DNA of 64,000 nt from Pseudomonadota bacterium (GTDB taxonomy: Bacteria; Myxococcota; JACRCW01; JAFGSX01): the NCBI GenBank assembly GCA_043821645.1, contig JBDRCO010000111.1:32001-96000 (forward strand). Reading direction: 5' to 3'. A program made the translations under genes and the position numbers. Positions 42,652 through 51,808 of the stretch are shown one piece after another; the first letter of the stretch is position 1, and the number at the start of each line of letters is the position of its first letter. Under the pieces are notes generated by a model that saw only the letters and a list, made by a program, of their open reading frames with translations, did not search any database and was not told where the DNA came from.

Positions 42652-43161
42652 ATGTTGCGCGAGGTCCTCAACGTCACCCAGAACAGCCCGGATACCCTGA
42701 GGCGCTGGTTCTCGGACAGCGAGTTCGATCTGATCGTGTGGCACGATCGGAGTGAGGGCCGCCTCGTCGGTTTCCAGCTCTGCTACGACCTGCACCGGGA
42801 CGAGCACGTGCTGACCTGGCATGCGGACCGCGGCTATGCCCACAACAAGGTGGACAGCGGCGAGGACAACCCGGTGCGCAACATGACCCCCATCCTGGTA
42901 CCGGATGGTCTGTTCGAGCGCGACCGGGTCAGCGACCGCTTTGCCGAGCGCAGCCAGGACATCGACGACGAGGTGCGGGCCCTGGTGCTGGACAAGCTCG
43001 CTCGCTTCGAACAGGAGCAGGAGGCTCAGGGTGTCCGCACAGGGGACGCGGAACCTGTCGAGTCCGCAGGAGTGGCTGTGGTGGTCGAGGACGAAGGCGC
43101 GGAGTCTCGTGAGGAAGACATCGGGACATCCACCGCGCAGCGCACCGTCGACGAGTCGTAG
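42652..43161 (+). CDS. Conserved-looking hypothetical protein
   Basis: Motif RRWFSDSEFDLIVWHD...GFQLCYD...TPILVPDG. A TATACT -10 element lies 6 nt before the ATG. Confidence 0.75.
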   Translation: MLREVLNVTQNSPDTLRRWFSDSEFDLIVWHDRSEGRLVGFQLCYDLHRDEHVLTWHADRGYAHNKVDSGEDNPVRNMTPILVPDGLFERDRVSDRFAERSQDIDDEVRALVLDKLARFEQEQEAQGVRTGDAEPVESAGVAVVVEDEGAESREEDIGTSTAQRTVDES

Positions 43162-43652
43162 CCCACGCTCTTGCGCAGGCGCAGCACTTCGAGATCCACG
43201 AACTTGCCCTGGCGCAGGCGAGCCCTGACCTGGGTGGCCTTCGCGCCCTGGGGCTCATCGGCGACCCACTCCCGCGGGACCACACCGCGGGCGCAGCAGC
43301 CAGGGAATTGCAGCTGCGAGGCGCTGCGCTGATACTCATCCAGCGTCGGCAGGCGGCGCCCCACCCACGCGCAGTAGGCCCGGGCCATGTGCCAGGTGAC
43401 CGACATGGCAGGCTCGTGCGCATACTCGGGGTCGCGGTTGAAGCTGTCGTAGCTGGGTCGGGCACACTTCCCGGCGTCGACGCAGCGCGAGAAGGCGACC
43501 CCGTTCACCGGCCGTAGATCCACGGCGACCTGGCCACCCGGCTTGTCGATGATCACGACCTGGTGCCCCGAGGCCGCGTCGGGGTGCGAGGGGCGGGGTG
43601 TGGCGGGAGCCTGTACCCCGGCCAGGGTCAGCAGCACCAGGACGGCAGGCAT
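43026..43652 (-). CDS. Small exported, degenerate FGE-sulfatase (SUMF1-like) domain protein
   Basis: Signal peptide, then V.....F.RCVDAGKC, PAMSVTWHMARAYCAWVGRRLPT, REWV and VRCA. Confidence 0.65.
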   Translation of the reverse strand: MPAVLVLLTLAGVQAPATPRPSHPDAASGHQVVIIDKPGGQVAVDLRPVNGVAFSRCVDAGKCARPSYDSFNRDPEYAHEPAMSVTWHMARAYCAWVGRRLPTLDEYQRSASQLQFPGCCARGVVPREWVADEPQGAKATQVRARLRQGKFVDLEVLRLRKSVGYDSSTVRCAVDVPMSSSRDSAPSSSTTTATPADSTGSASPVRTP

Positions 43653-43662
43653 GGATGTCCGA

Positions 43663-45642
43663 TCAGCGCCGGCGTCGACGCAGGCCGCGGGCAAACACGA
43701 ACACGGTGCCGAACAAGAAGGCCTCGCGCACGAAGCTGGTGTCGCGGTAGCAGCCCGCCAGTTCGACCGCGCAGCGGTTGCTGTCGGTGTCCTCGTCGTA
43801 GCCGCAGTCGCCACTTTGGCACTGCTCGCTGCTGGCGCACTCCTCGCCAGTGCCGAGGAGTGGAATGCATTGCCCGGTGACAGTCTGGCTCAGCTCGCAG
43901 ACCTGGACGATCGAGTAGGTGCAGGTGGTCTGAGCTGCACAGCTCGTCGCGTCATCGGGGTACTGGCCGCAGACCGGATCGCAGTAGCCATAGAAGTCGT
44001 CGTAGATGCAGCCGGCTCCGCTGCAGCCCGTGGCATCGCCGTCGAAGAAGTAGCACACCGGCGCACAGGACTGGCTCGGTGGATCGTAGCGGCAGCCCAC
44101 TTGCTGGCCGCAGCCCGTGCCGTCACCACTGAAGGCGGCGCAGTCTGACACGAAGTCGCAGCGGCCCTCGTCGACCACGGCGCAGCCCTCGATCTTGTTG
44201 CAGATCTGGGGGCTCTGGCCCGCACAAGGGTCGCCAGGGATGCGGCAGTAGCTCGATGCGGGGCACTCGCTGCTGTCAGCGCAGGCAAAGGGAGCCCGTG
44301 CCTGGCACAGGCCATCGGCGCCACAGAACTCGCCGGGCTGGCAGTCCTCGTTGTACTCGCACAGGTACATACAGCGGCTGTTGACGCAGCTCAGGCCACT
44401 GTTGCAGTACGCCGCCGCCACACCATCCTCGGCGCAGGTCTCGTTTTCCAGGGCCAGGGCGCGGCAGCCGCTGCTGTGGCAATAGGATCCGAGCTGGCAG
44501 ATGTAGCCGTGCAGGCAGGCGCCGGTGGAGGGCAGATCGCTGGCCTCCGTGCACACGCCCTCGACGCTGCTGCACTCCTGGTAGTCGCTATCGTAGGCGC
44601 AGATGGGGGCGTTGGCCACACAGGCGGTCTCGTCGCCGCTGTACTGCGCGCAGTTGATGGTGGGTATGCAGAACAGGTCGGGGTTGCACAGGGCCTGCAC
44701 TGTGCCACCGCAGCGCTGGCTCGCACCCACGGTGCCGCAGACATTGCCCGTACAGCCCAGATCATCCAGGCAGTCCAGCCAGTCGCGGCAGTAGTCGCCC
44801 GCGGCGCCGAGGATGCGGCAGGCCAGGGGCCCGCCTGCGGCTGCGGGTCGGCACTTGGCACAGTCCCCTCCGCACGCGTCGTCACTGGTGCAGGGGGCCT
44901 CATAGTCCAGCAGCGGCTCGGGGCTGGGATCACAGCGTCCGGCGTCGCTGCACGAGGCGGACAGGCAGTCGTCGCCGTAGAGGTTGGGGTCGCAGCGGCC
45001 ACCGTCCTCCTTCTTGAGCAGGCAGGTGCCGTTGTTGCAGTAGGTCGCATCGCTGCAGGAGTGGTAGTCGCCGCAGGCCTGGTCCACTCCCGCGGGCTTG
45101 AGGCAGACCGCGCCGCCGGGCGCGAAGGGGGTGTCGCTCTGACAGCTCGAGCCGTCGGTGCAGTCCCAGTCCTGCACGCAGGCCTGGCCGTCGGCGGTGA
45201 TGCCCTTGAAGAAGGCGGTGCACGCGCCATCCTTCAGCGCGTTCCACTCCTTGCTCTGGATCAGACTGTGCCCCGGGTTGCCACTGCGCAGGCTGCGCGA
45301 GCTGGTCAGGCACTGTCGCGCCAGCTTCCAGTCTATCGCCACCCGGCTCTCCCGCAGCGAGGCCAGCAGGTCCTCGGCCCACACCCGGCCCTCGGTACCG
45401 GGGCGGCAGCTGCGCGCCAGTTCTGCGTCGCTGAAGGAGGCGCCGGTCTTGAGCGGGCCGTTGACGCAGAGGCCAGAGAAATTCGCCTGGGACTCGTAGA
45501 TGGCGCAGATCTCGACGGCGGTCAGCGGCTGGGCGGGTGGCTCGATGGGGTTGGGCTGGACCTTGGTCTCGGGGCAGGCCGCGAGAAGGGTTGCCAGGGC
45601 CAGGGCTCCGCCAGCGTGCGTCAACCTACCACTCGTCGTCAT
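43663..45642 (-). CDS. Very Cys-rich lipoprotein (Dickkopf-like repeats) with a C-terminal MYXO-CTERM-like tail
   Basis: Lipobox LLAAC. Many G..C....DC..G..C repeats. Ends GCYRDTSFVREAFLFGTVFVFARGLRRRRR. Confidence 0.82.
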   Translation of the reverse strand: MTTSGRLTHAGGALALATLLAACPETKVQPNPIEPPAQPLTAVEICAIYESQANFSGLCVNGPLKTGASFSDAELARSCRPGTEGRVWAEDLLASLRESRVAIDWKLARQCLTSSRSLRSGNPGHSLIQSKEWNALKDGACTAFFKGITADGQACVQDWDCTDGSSCQSDTPFAPGGAVCLKPAGVDQACGDYHSCSDATYCNNGTCLLKKEDGGRCDPNLYGDDCLSASCSDAGRCDPSPEPLLDYEAPCTSDDACGGDCAKCRPAAAGGPLACRILGAAGDYCRDWLDCLDDLGCTGNVCGTVGASQRCGGTVQALCNPDLFCIPTINCAQYSGDETACVANAPICAYDSDYQECSSVEGVCTEASDLPSTGACLHGYICQLGSYCHSSGCRALALENETCAEDGVAAAYCNSGLSCVNSRCMYLCEYNEDCQPGEFCGADGLCQARAPFACADSSECPASSYCRIPGDPCAGQSPQICNKIEGCAVVDEGRCDFVSDCAAFSGDGTGCGQQVGCRYDPPSQSCAPVCYFFDGDATGCSGAGCIYDDFYGYCDPVCGQYPDDATSCAAQTTCTYSIVQVCELSQTVTGQCIPLLGTGEECASSEQCQSGDCGYDEDTDSNRCAVELAGCYRDTSFVREAFLFGTVFVFARGLRRRRR

Positions 45643-45896
45643 GACAACCTCTCTGTGGACCCGACCCGCGATCTCGCCCCGCCACTTCGGTCCGAGACCT
45701 CACGTCGAATATGGAAAATGAACGTGGCAGCGACTAGATAGGTGGCCACGACGCGGCCCGTCAAGCGAGACCTTCGCCAGCGGATCTGGTGCCCGGGGCT
45801 GGCGGACCGAGGCGCAGGGTCGCAACCTGCTCGCGGCTCGGGCACAATCGGCGGCCAGCCGAGATGCGCGGAAATCGGCGGCAGGGGAGGGCAGAC

Positions 45897-46751
45897 ATGC
45901 AGCAGCGACCAGCGATCTTTGCAGCCCAGGGCTGGTATCCCGCAGATCCCGGGCAGTGCCTCGAGCGCGTCGAGTTCTTCCTGCGCAGCGCCGCGACGGA
46001 GGAGCCGGCCTCGATGCTGGGAGGGATCGTGCCCCATGCGGGCTGGTCCTATTCGGGTCAGACCGCCGCTCGCACCTTCGGCGCGCTCGCCGGGCTGCAA
46101 CCCGAGCTGGTGCTGCTGTTCGGCGGTCACCTGCGACCGCGCGACACGGCCCTGTGCATGACCCGCGGTGCCTTCGCGACGCCCCTGGGTCCGCTGCCGG
46201 TCGAGGAAAGCCTGGCGCGCGAGCTGGTGGCGACCTTCCCCGTCGACGAGGAGATGCCCGATCATTTTGCCGCCGACAACACCATCGAGTTGCAGCTCCC
46301 CTTCGTGCGTCACTTGTGGCCCCGGGCGCGGGTGCTGGCCGTGCAGGTGCCTGCTGACGAGAGCGCAGCGGTCCTGGGCCGCTGGCTGGCCGAGCGCACC
46401 GCGGCCCTGGGACTGCGCACCCTGGCCATCGGTTCGACCGATCTCACGCATTACGGCACCAGCTATGGCTTCACACCCCAGGGCGTCGGCGATGAGGCGC
46501 ACGCCTGGTCCATGCGTGAGAACGATGGTGGCTTCCTCGAACGGGTGCTTGCGCTCGACGGACAAGGGGCCAGCGAACACGCGCTGGCTCACCACAGTGC
46601 GTGCTGCCCCGGGGCGACCGCAGCCACCCTGGCCTTCGTGAATTCCCGGGGAGGGGTCCGCCCGCGCCTGGTCGAGCACACCACGAGTCACCTCGTCCGC
46701 AACCAGGGCTCGCCGCAGATGTGGGTGGGCTATGCAAGCGTCGTGTTCTGA
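45897..46751 (+). CDS. AmmeMemoRadiSam system protein B (MEMO1 family)
   Basis: Motifs GWYP, IVPHAGWSYSG, F.TPLG, DNTIELQLPF, GSTDLTHYG, SACCPG and VGYA. Confidence 0.9.
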   Translation: MQQRPAIFAAQGWYPADPGQCLERVEFFLRSAATEEPASMLGGIVPHAGWSYSGQTAARTFGALAGLQPELVLLFGGHLRPRDTALCMTRGAFATPLGPLPVEESLARELVATFPVDEEMPDHFAADNTIELQLPFVRHLWPRARVLAVQVPADESAAVLGRWLAERTAALGLRTLAIGSTDLTHYGTSYGFTPQGVGDEAHAWSMRENDGGFLERVLALDGQGASEHALAHHSACCPGATAATLAFVNSRGGVRPRLVEHTTSHLVRNQGSPQMWVGYASVVF

Positions 46752-46769
46752 GCCGGAACGAGGAAACCC

Positions 46770-48128
46770 ATGAACCCACTGGCGAAGCTGCTCCTGATCC
46801 GGCGCCTGCGTCAGCAGATGTACGGGCTGGACCGGGTGGGCTTGCAGCGGCTGCAGCACAAGCTGTGTGCCGAGACCGTGCGCCACGCCGTGACCCACAG
46901 CCCCTTCTTTCGACGCCACTACCAGGGCTGTGACCTCGCAGATTTCGAGGAGCTGCCACTGGTGGACAAGGCCGTCATGATGGCCAGCTTCTCGGACTAC
47001 AACAGCGCAGGCCTGGACCGCGAGGCCTTGCTGGCCTTCGCCATCGACAGCGAGCACAGGGCCGGCATGGGTCTGTATCAGGGCCGCTGGTCCGTGGGTC
47101 TGTCGTCGGGAACCTCGGGGAACAAGGGCCTGGTGCTGCTCTCACCCGACGAGCGCGATCGTTACGGCTGTCTGATCGCGGCGCGGCATGGTCTGCCGCC
47201 GTCGGTGAAGCAGTTCCGGGTGCTGTTCGCGTTGCGCATCAACAATCCGAGCTTCGAGAACCTCAATCGCTTCGGCCTGCGCATCGTCTACACGGACTAC
47301 AACCGGCCCATCGAGGACGTCATCGCCGTGGTCAACACCCAGCGGCTCAACGTCCTGGCCGGGCCGCCGTCGTTTCTGGCGCTCATCGGAGATCAGGCCG
47401 CGCGCCTCGATCACGCCATCGAGGCCGTGGTGTGCTACGCCGAGGTGCTGCAGCCCGAGGTGCGTGCGCGGCTCGAGAAGACCTTCGCGGCGCCTGTGGT
47501 CGAGATCTACCAGGGCAGCGAGGGCTTCATCGCGGCCACCTGTCGTCAGGGCCGGCTGCACCTGATGGAGGACGTGGTCCGCGTCGAGGTCTTGCCCCTG
47601 GCCGGGGAGGGTGCCGTCGCCAGCGCGTCCGGGACAGCCCAGGGTACCGGGCGCATCGTGATCACCGACATGCACCGGCGCAGCCAGCCCATCCTGCGCT
47701 ACCAGCTCAACGACGTGATCGAGGTCGGCGAGAGCGACTGTGGCTGCGGCTCCGCGTTCCGGGTGGTGCAGAAGATTCATGGCCGCATGGACGACGTGCT
47801 GACCTTTGTCGACGGGCGTGGCCACCGGCGCTGGCTGTTCCCCGACGTGGCAAGCCGCGCCGTGATCCTGGCCTCGGACGAGGTCGAGGAATACCAGATC
47901 GTGCAGCATGCCCTGGATCACCTCGAGATCCGCTTGCAGCTCCGCGACGGGGCGGACCACACAGGGATCGAGGCCGCGGTGGCGCGCCTGCTGCGGCAGC
48001 GCTTGCGCGACGCAGGCGTCGACGACCCGGGTCACCCGCGCCTGGAATTCGTGCTGCGCGCGCCCGAGAAGAACGCTGTCAGCGGCAAGCTCATTCGCGT
48101 GCAGCGGCGCTTCGCGGTGGCAGGCTGA
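46770..48128 (+). CDS. F390 synthetase-like / phenylacetate-CoA ligase family adenylate-forming enzyme
   Basis: Motifs SPFFRRHY, GLSSGTSGNKG, EIYQGSEG, PILRYQLND, GRMDD and GKLIRV. Confidence 0.85.
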   Translation: MNPLAKLLLIRRLRQQMYGLDRVGLQRLQHKLCAETVRHAVTHSPFFRRHYQGCDLADFEELPLVDKAVMMASFSDYNSAGLDREALLAFAIDSEHRAGMGLYQGRWSVGLSSGTSGNKGLVLLSPDERDRYGCLIAARHGLPPSVKQFRVLFALRINNPSFENLNRFGLRIVYTDYNRPIEDVIAVVNTQRLNVLAGPPSFLALIGDQAARLDHAIEAVVCYAEVLQPEVRARLEKTFAAPVVEIYQGSEGFIAATCRQGRLHLMEDVVRVEVLPLAGEGAVASASGTAQGTGRIVITDMHRRSQPILRYQLNDVIEVGESDCGCGSAFRVVQKIHGRMDDVLTFVDGRGHRRWLFPDVASRAVILASDEVEEYQIVQHALDHLEIRLQLRDGADHTGIEAAVARLLRQRLRDAGVDDPGHPRLEFVLRAPEKNAVSGKLIRVQRRFAVAG

Positions 48129-48236
48129 CCGGCGGCGCTTGCACCCCCGGGGCAGCGTGGATATACGTTGCCGGTCCGGTCGACGGACCCACGCTCGCGG
48201 CATTTCTGAATCCATGAGCACGACGGGAGGAGATTC

Positions 48237-49061
48237 ATGAAGAGATCGCTATGGTCGCTCGCCCTGACCGCGTTGCTGCCCTGCACTGCTCTCGCCCAGG
48301 ACGCTCCGGCCGCGGACACACCCGCCGTCGAGCCGGCGCCAGCCGTGGAGGCGGCGCCAGATCCCGAGGCCCAGAAACGAGCCCAGATCGAGGCTCTGCT
48401 CAAGGAGGTGGACACCCTGTACGCGCAGCGCGCGCAGTCCGGCAAGGCCGAGGCCGTGATCGCCAAGATGCAGGAGCTGCTCAAGCTCGACGACAAGAGC
48501 TACGACGCGCAGTGGCGCATCGCCCGCGCGGCCTACTGGATCGGCGACGGCACCGAGGACAAGAAGGTCAAGGAGAAGTACGGCAAGATCGGCTGGGACG
48601 CCGGCATCGCGGGCACCGCGCTCAAGCCCAACGGCATCGAGGCCCAGTTCTGGGGTGCCGCTTCGCTGGGCAACTACGCCAAAGGCGTGGGCATCATGAA
48701 GGCGGTGTGGGACGGCCTGGGCAAGCAGTACGAGAAGTGGGCGCGCAAGGCCTACGAGATGAACCCCAAGTACGCCTTCGGCGGCCCCCCGCGCGCCCTC
48801 GGTCGCTACTACTTCACCCTGCCCGGCATCGCCGGTCGCGACATCAAGAAGTCGATCAAGTACCTCGAGGAGAGCCGTGACCTGGCGCCCGAGGCCCTGC
48901 GCACCCGCGCCTGGCTGGCCGAGTCCTACCTGGACGACGACCAGAAGGCCAAGGCCAAGGCCGAGCTGGACTACTGCTTGGCCGCAGATCCCAAGAACGG
49001 TGACTACGCCGACAATCTGCGCATGCAGCCCGAGTGCAAGCGCCTCGCGGGCACCCTGTAG
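48237..49061 (+). CDS. Exported TPR-like helical protein (TatT-like)
   Basis: GGGAGGAG RBS, signal peptide, helical repeats WRIARAAYW and GGPPRALGRYY. Confidence 0.75.
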   Translation: MKRSLWSLALTALLPCTALAQDAPAADTPAVEPAPAVEAAPDPEAQKRAQIEALLKEVDTLYAQRAQSGKAEAVIAKMQELLKLDDKSYDAQWRIARAAYWIGDGTEDKKVKEKYGKIGWDAGIAGTALKPNGIEAQFWGAASLGNYAKGVGIMKAVWDGLGKQYEKWARKAYEMNPKYAFGGPPRALGRYYFTLPGIAGRDIKKSIKYLEESRDLAPEALRTRAWLAESYLDDDQKAKAKAELDYCLAADPKNGDYADNLRMQPECKRLAGTL

Positions 49062-49095
49062 GCGGACCTTCGCCCTCGCTCGACACACCCACACC

Positions 49096-49824
49096 GTGAC
49101 AGATCCGGTCGACAGACGCCCCCTGGCCGTGGTGCTGCTCTCCGGTGGCATGGACTCCTGTGTCACCGCCGGCATCGCGGCCCGGGACCACGAGCTGGCC
49201 CTGCTTCATGTCAACTATGGCCAGCGCACCCAGCGCCGCGAGCTGCGCGCTTTCGAAGCCATCGCCGACCACTACCTCGTATCCTGTCGTCTGGTGGTCG
49301 ACTTACCGGCCATTGCCCACGTCGGCGGCTCCAGCCTTCTCGCCGGCGGCCCGGCCGTGCCCGACGCCGCCTTCGTCGAGGGACAGATCCCCTCGACCTA
49401 CGTCCCCTTCCGCAACGGTCAGATCCTCGCCGTGGCCGCGGCCTGGGCCGAGGTTCTGGAGGCGCAGGCGATCTATGTCGGAGCGGTGGAGCAAGACAGC
49501 TCCGGCTATCCAGACTGCCGGCGGCCTTTCTTCGACGCCTACGAGCGCGCCATCCAGCTGGGCACAGGGGCGACCTCCCTGCTGCGCATCCACACCCCCC
49601 TGGTCGAGCTGAGCAAGGCGCAGATCGTCCGCCGGGGCATCGATCTCGGCGCGCCGCTGCACCTGACCTGGTCCTGCTATCGCGACGAGGACCTGGCCTG
49701 CGGGCGCTGCGAGTCCTGCATCCTCAGGCTGCGCGGTTTTGCAGGTGCCGGGGTTGACGATCCTGTTCCCTATCAGGACCCCGCGACGGGGCCAGGATCC
49801 ACCCTGCCCCCGCGCGTCGATTGA
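49096..49824 (+). CDS. queC: 7-cyano-7-deazaguanine synthase
   Basis: Motifs LLSGGMDS, YGQR, TYVPFRN, SGYPDCR and TWSCY...CGRCESC. Likely GTG start at 49096. Confidence 0.96.
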   Translation: MTDPVDRRPLAVVLLSGGMDSCVTAGIAARDHELALLHVNYGQRTQRRELRAFEAIADHYLVSCRLVVDLPAIAHVGGSSLLAGGPAVPDAAFVEGQIPSTYVPFRNGQILAVAAAWAEVLEAQAIYVGAVEQDSSGYPDCRRPFFDAYERAIQLGTGATSLLRIHTPLVELSKAQIVRRGIDLGAPLHLTWSCYRDEDLACGRCESCILRLRGFAGAGVDDPVPYQDPATGPGSTLPPRVD

Positions 49825-49880
49825 CCGGGCCGATCGCCGCTTGCTACAAAACCAGCACCATCCTGTTCAAGGGGAATGCC

Positions 49881-51524
49881 ATGCCTCGCCTCTGCCTGCC
49901 GACCCGCGCTCTCACCGCCCTGTCCCTGGTGCTGTTGCCCTTCGCAGCCTGCGAGTGCGACGAGATCGGCGATCTGTCCGCCCTGGGCGCGCTGGAACCG
50001 GCCACCCACAACTTCGGTCCTGTGGTGAGCGGCGAGCGCTGCGTGGCGCAGATCAGCCTGCGCAATGATGGCCAGGCCGACTTGACCGTCAACGAATCCA
50101 AGTTCGTCGACAGCAGCGGCAACTTCGCCATCGACGGCATCGTGCCGGCCTTCGTCAGCGCCTTCAGCTCCGATGTGGTGGCCGTGGCCTACACCGCGGG
50201 CACGCCGGGAACCACCTCCGAGGGCGCGACCCTGTGGCTCAAGACCAATACCCCCGAGAACGACGGAGTGCTGCAGGCCGCCCTGCGAGGCACTCCCGTG
50301 GCAGGGCTGTCCGCCATGGTGGGAAGTTCCTGCGACGTCGACGGCACAGCCACCGCACCCTGCAGCGACCTCAACTTCGGGGCCACGGTGGTCGCCACCA
50401 CCAGCCCTGGCGTGCTGCGCACGGTGCGCATCCACAACGACGGAACCTCCACCATGACGGTGGTCGAGCCCGTGGTCCTGGACAATGCGGACTTCACCCT
50501 CGACAGCGCCCGCGTGCCCTCTGCCGACGGCCTGGGTGGTCTGGTCGAGGTCACCCAGTGGCCTCTGCAGCTCGAGCCCGGCAAGGGCCAGTGCGGCGTG
50601 GACTCTGGCAACGCGGTCACCTTCGTCGAGCTCAGCGTGCGCTACCTGCCCACGGATATCGGCGCCGACGCCGGGCGGCTGCGGGTCGACACCGATGCCG
50701 CTATCACACCGTCGTACGTGGAGGTCGGCCTGGTTGGCATCGGCTCGGGGGATGGCATCGCCACCGACCCGGACTTCGTGAACTTCGGCGAGGTGGCGGT
50801 GGGGCAGAGCTCGACCAAGAGCGTGCGGGTGTTCAACCTGCGGCTCGACCAGGCACGCATCAACAACAGCTGCCTCGACACCAACCGCGACGATGTCTGC
50901 GATATCGACTGCACCGCGATCAACGACCAGGCCGTGCTCAGCTGTGGCGTCGAGAAGAGCGATGGCAGCCACGAGGGCAAGGGCTTCGTGCTCGAGCCCG
51001 CCGATGCCATGGCGGGTGGTGACGACGAGCGCACCGTCAAGATTCGCTGGGCCCCGGATGCGCCTGGCGCCCTGCGCGCACAGCTCCTCCTCGACACCGT
51101 GCTTGGCGGGGGTCGGGTGTGGAAAGTGCTGGTCAACGGAGGTGTGGCGGGTACCTTCACTCCGAGCAGCGACCCGGTGGTCGTCGTCGCCAGCGGCACC
51201 CCGCTCGCCGGTCAGGCCAGCTTCACCGTGACCAACACCGGGGCGGCCCCCCTGACCATTCGCCAGGTCAACTTTGCCGGATCCAGCTCCATCACCGGGG
51301 AGTTCACCTTGACCCGCGCCGGCGACGGCAGCTTCAGTGTCAATGGCACGACGCCCTGGACGGGGACCCTGACCTTGCAGCAGAACCAGAGCGAGAGCTT
51401 CACCCTCGATTACCTGAACAGCGGTGTGGTCAACTGCGACAGCTTCGATGTGCACTGGTTCCACGACGGTGACGGCCAGGATCCCTATATCCTTGGCGTC
51501 GAGGTCGACGGCGACAACTGCTAG
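49881..51524 (+). CDS. Lipoprotein with tandem choice-of-anchor-D / ASH Ig-like domains
   Basis: Lipobox FAAC. Repeated xNFGxV...I.N.G...L...F modules. Confidence 0.8.
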   Translation: MPRLCLPTRALTALSLVLLPFAACECDEIGDLSALGALEPATHNFGPVVSGERCVAQISLRNDGQADLTVNESKFVDSSGNFAIDGIVPAFVSAFSSDVVAVAYTAGTPGTTSEGATLWLKTNTPENDGVLQAALRGTPVAGLSAMVGSSCDVDGTATAPCSDLNFGATVVATTSPGVLRTVRIHNDGTSTMTVVEPVVLDNADFTLDSARVPSADGLGGLVEVTQWPLQLEPGKGQCGVDSGNAVTFVELSVRYLPTDIGADAGRLRVDTDAAITPSYVEVGLVGIGSGDGIATDPDFVNFGEVAVGQSSTKSVRVFNLRLDQARINNSCLDTNRDDVCDIDCTAINDQAVLSCGVEKSDGSHEGKGFVLEPADAMAGGDDERTVKIRWAPDAPGALRAQLLLDTVLGGGRVWKVLVNGGVAGTFTPSSDPVVVVASGTPLAGQASFTVTNTGAAPLTIRQVNFAGSSSITGEFTLTRAGDGSFSVNGTTPWTGTLTLQQNQSESFTLDYLNSGVVNCDSFDVHWFHDGDGQDPYILGVEVDGDNC

Positions 51525-51808
51525 GCTCTTTTCGCCGGTATCCGAGTACCTGATGCCGTGGCCAGTGCTCAGGCGAAGGCTGGCTACCCACGCGACCTTT
51601 GTGCGTCACGATCGCCGGGCTGCGATCTCGGGTCCTCGCCCCTGCACAGGTCCGTTTCATCCCATAACAGTGGGTCGGCGCCCTGAAACGGCACCCCGTC
51701 GCGTTGAAAAGGCGTTGTTTTCCGGACTGTTGTGATCTCGCACACCAATGTCCCTGTGCCGTCGATAAGATATGTATAGGGGCGGTCGTGGTGGATTGGA
51801 GCCGGACC

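Noticed and set aside
49062-49095. preQ1 riboswitch upstream of queC
   Set aside because: The gap is only 34 nt and has no matching stem or A-rich tail.
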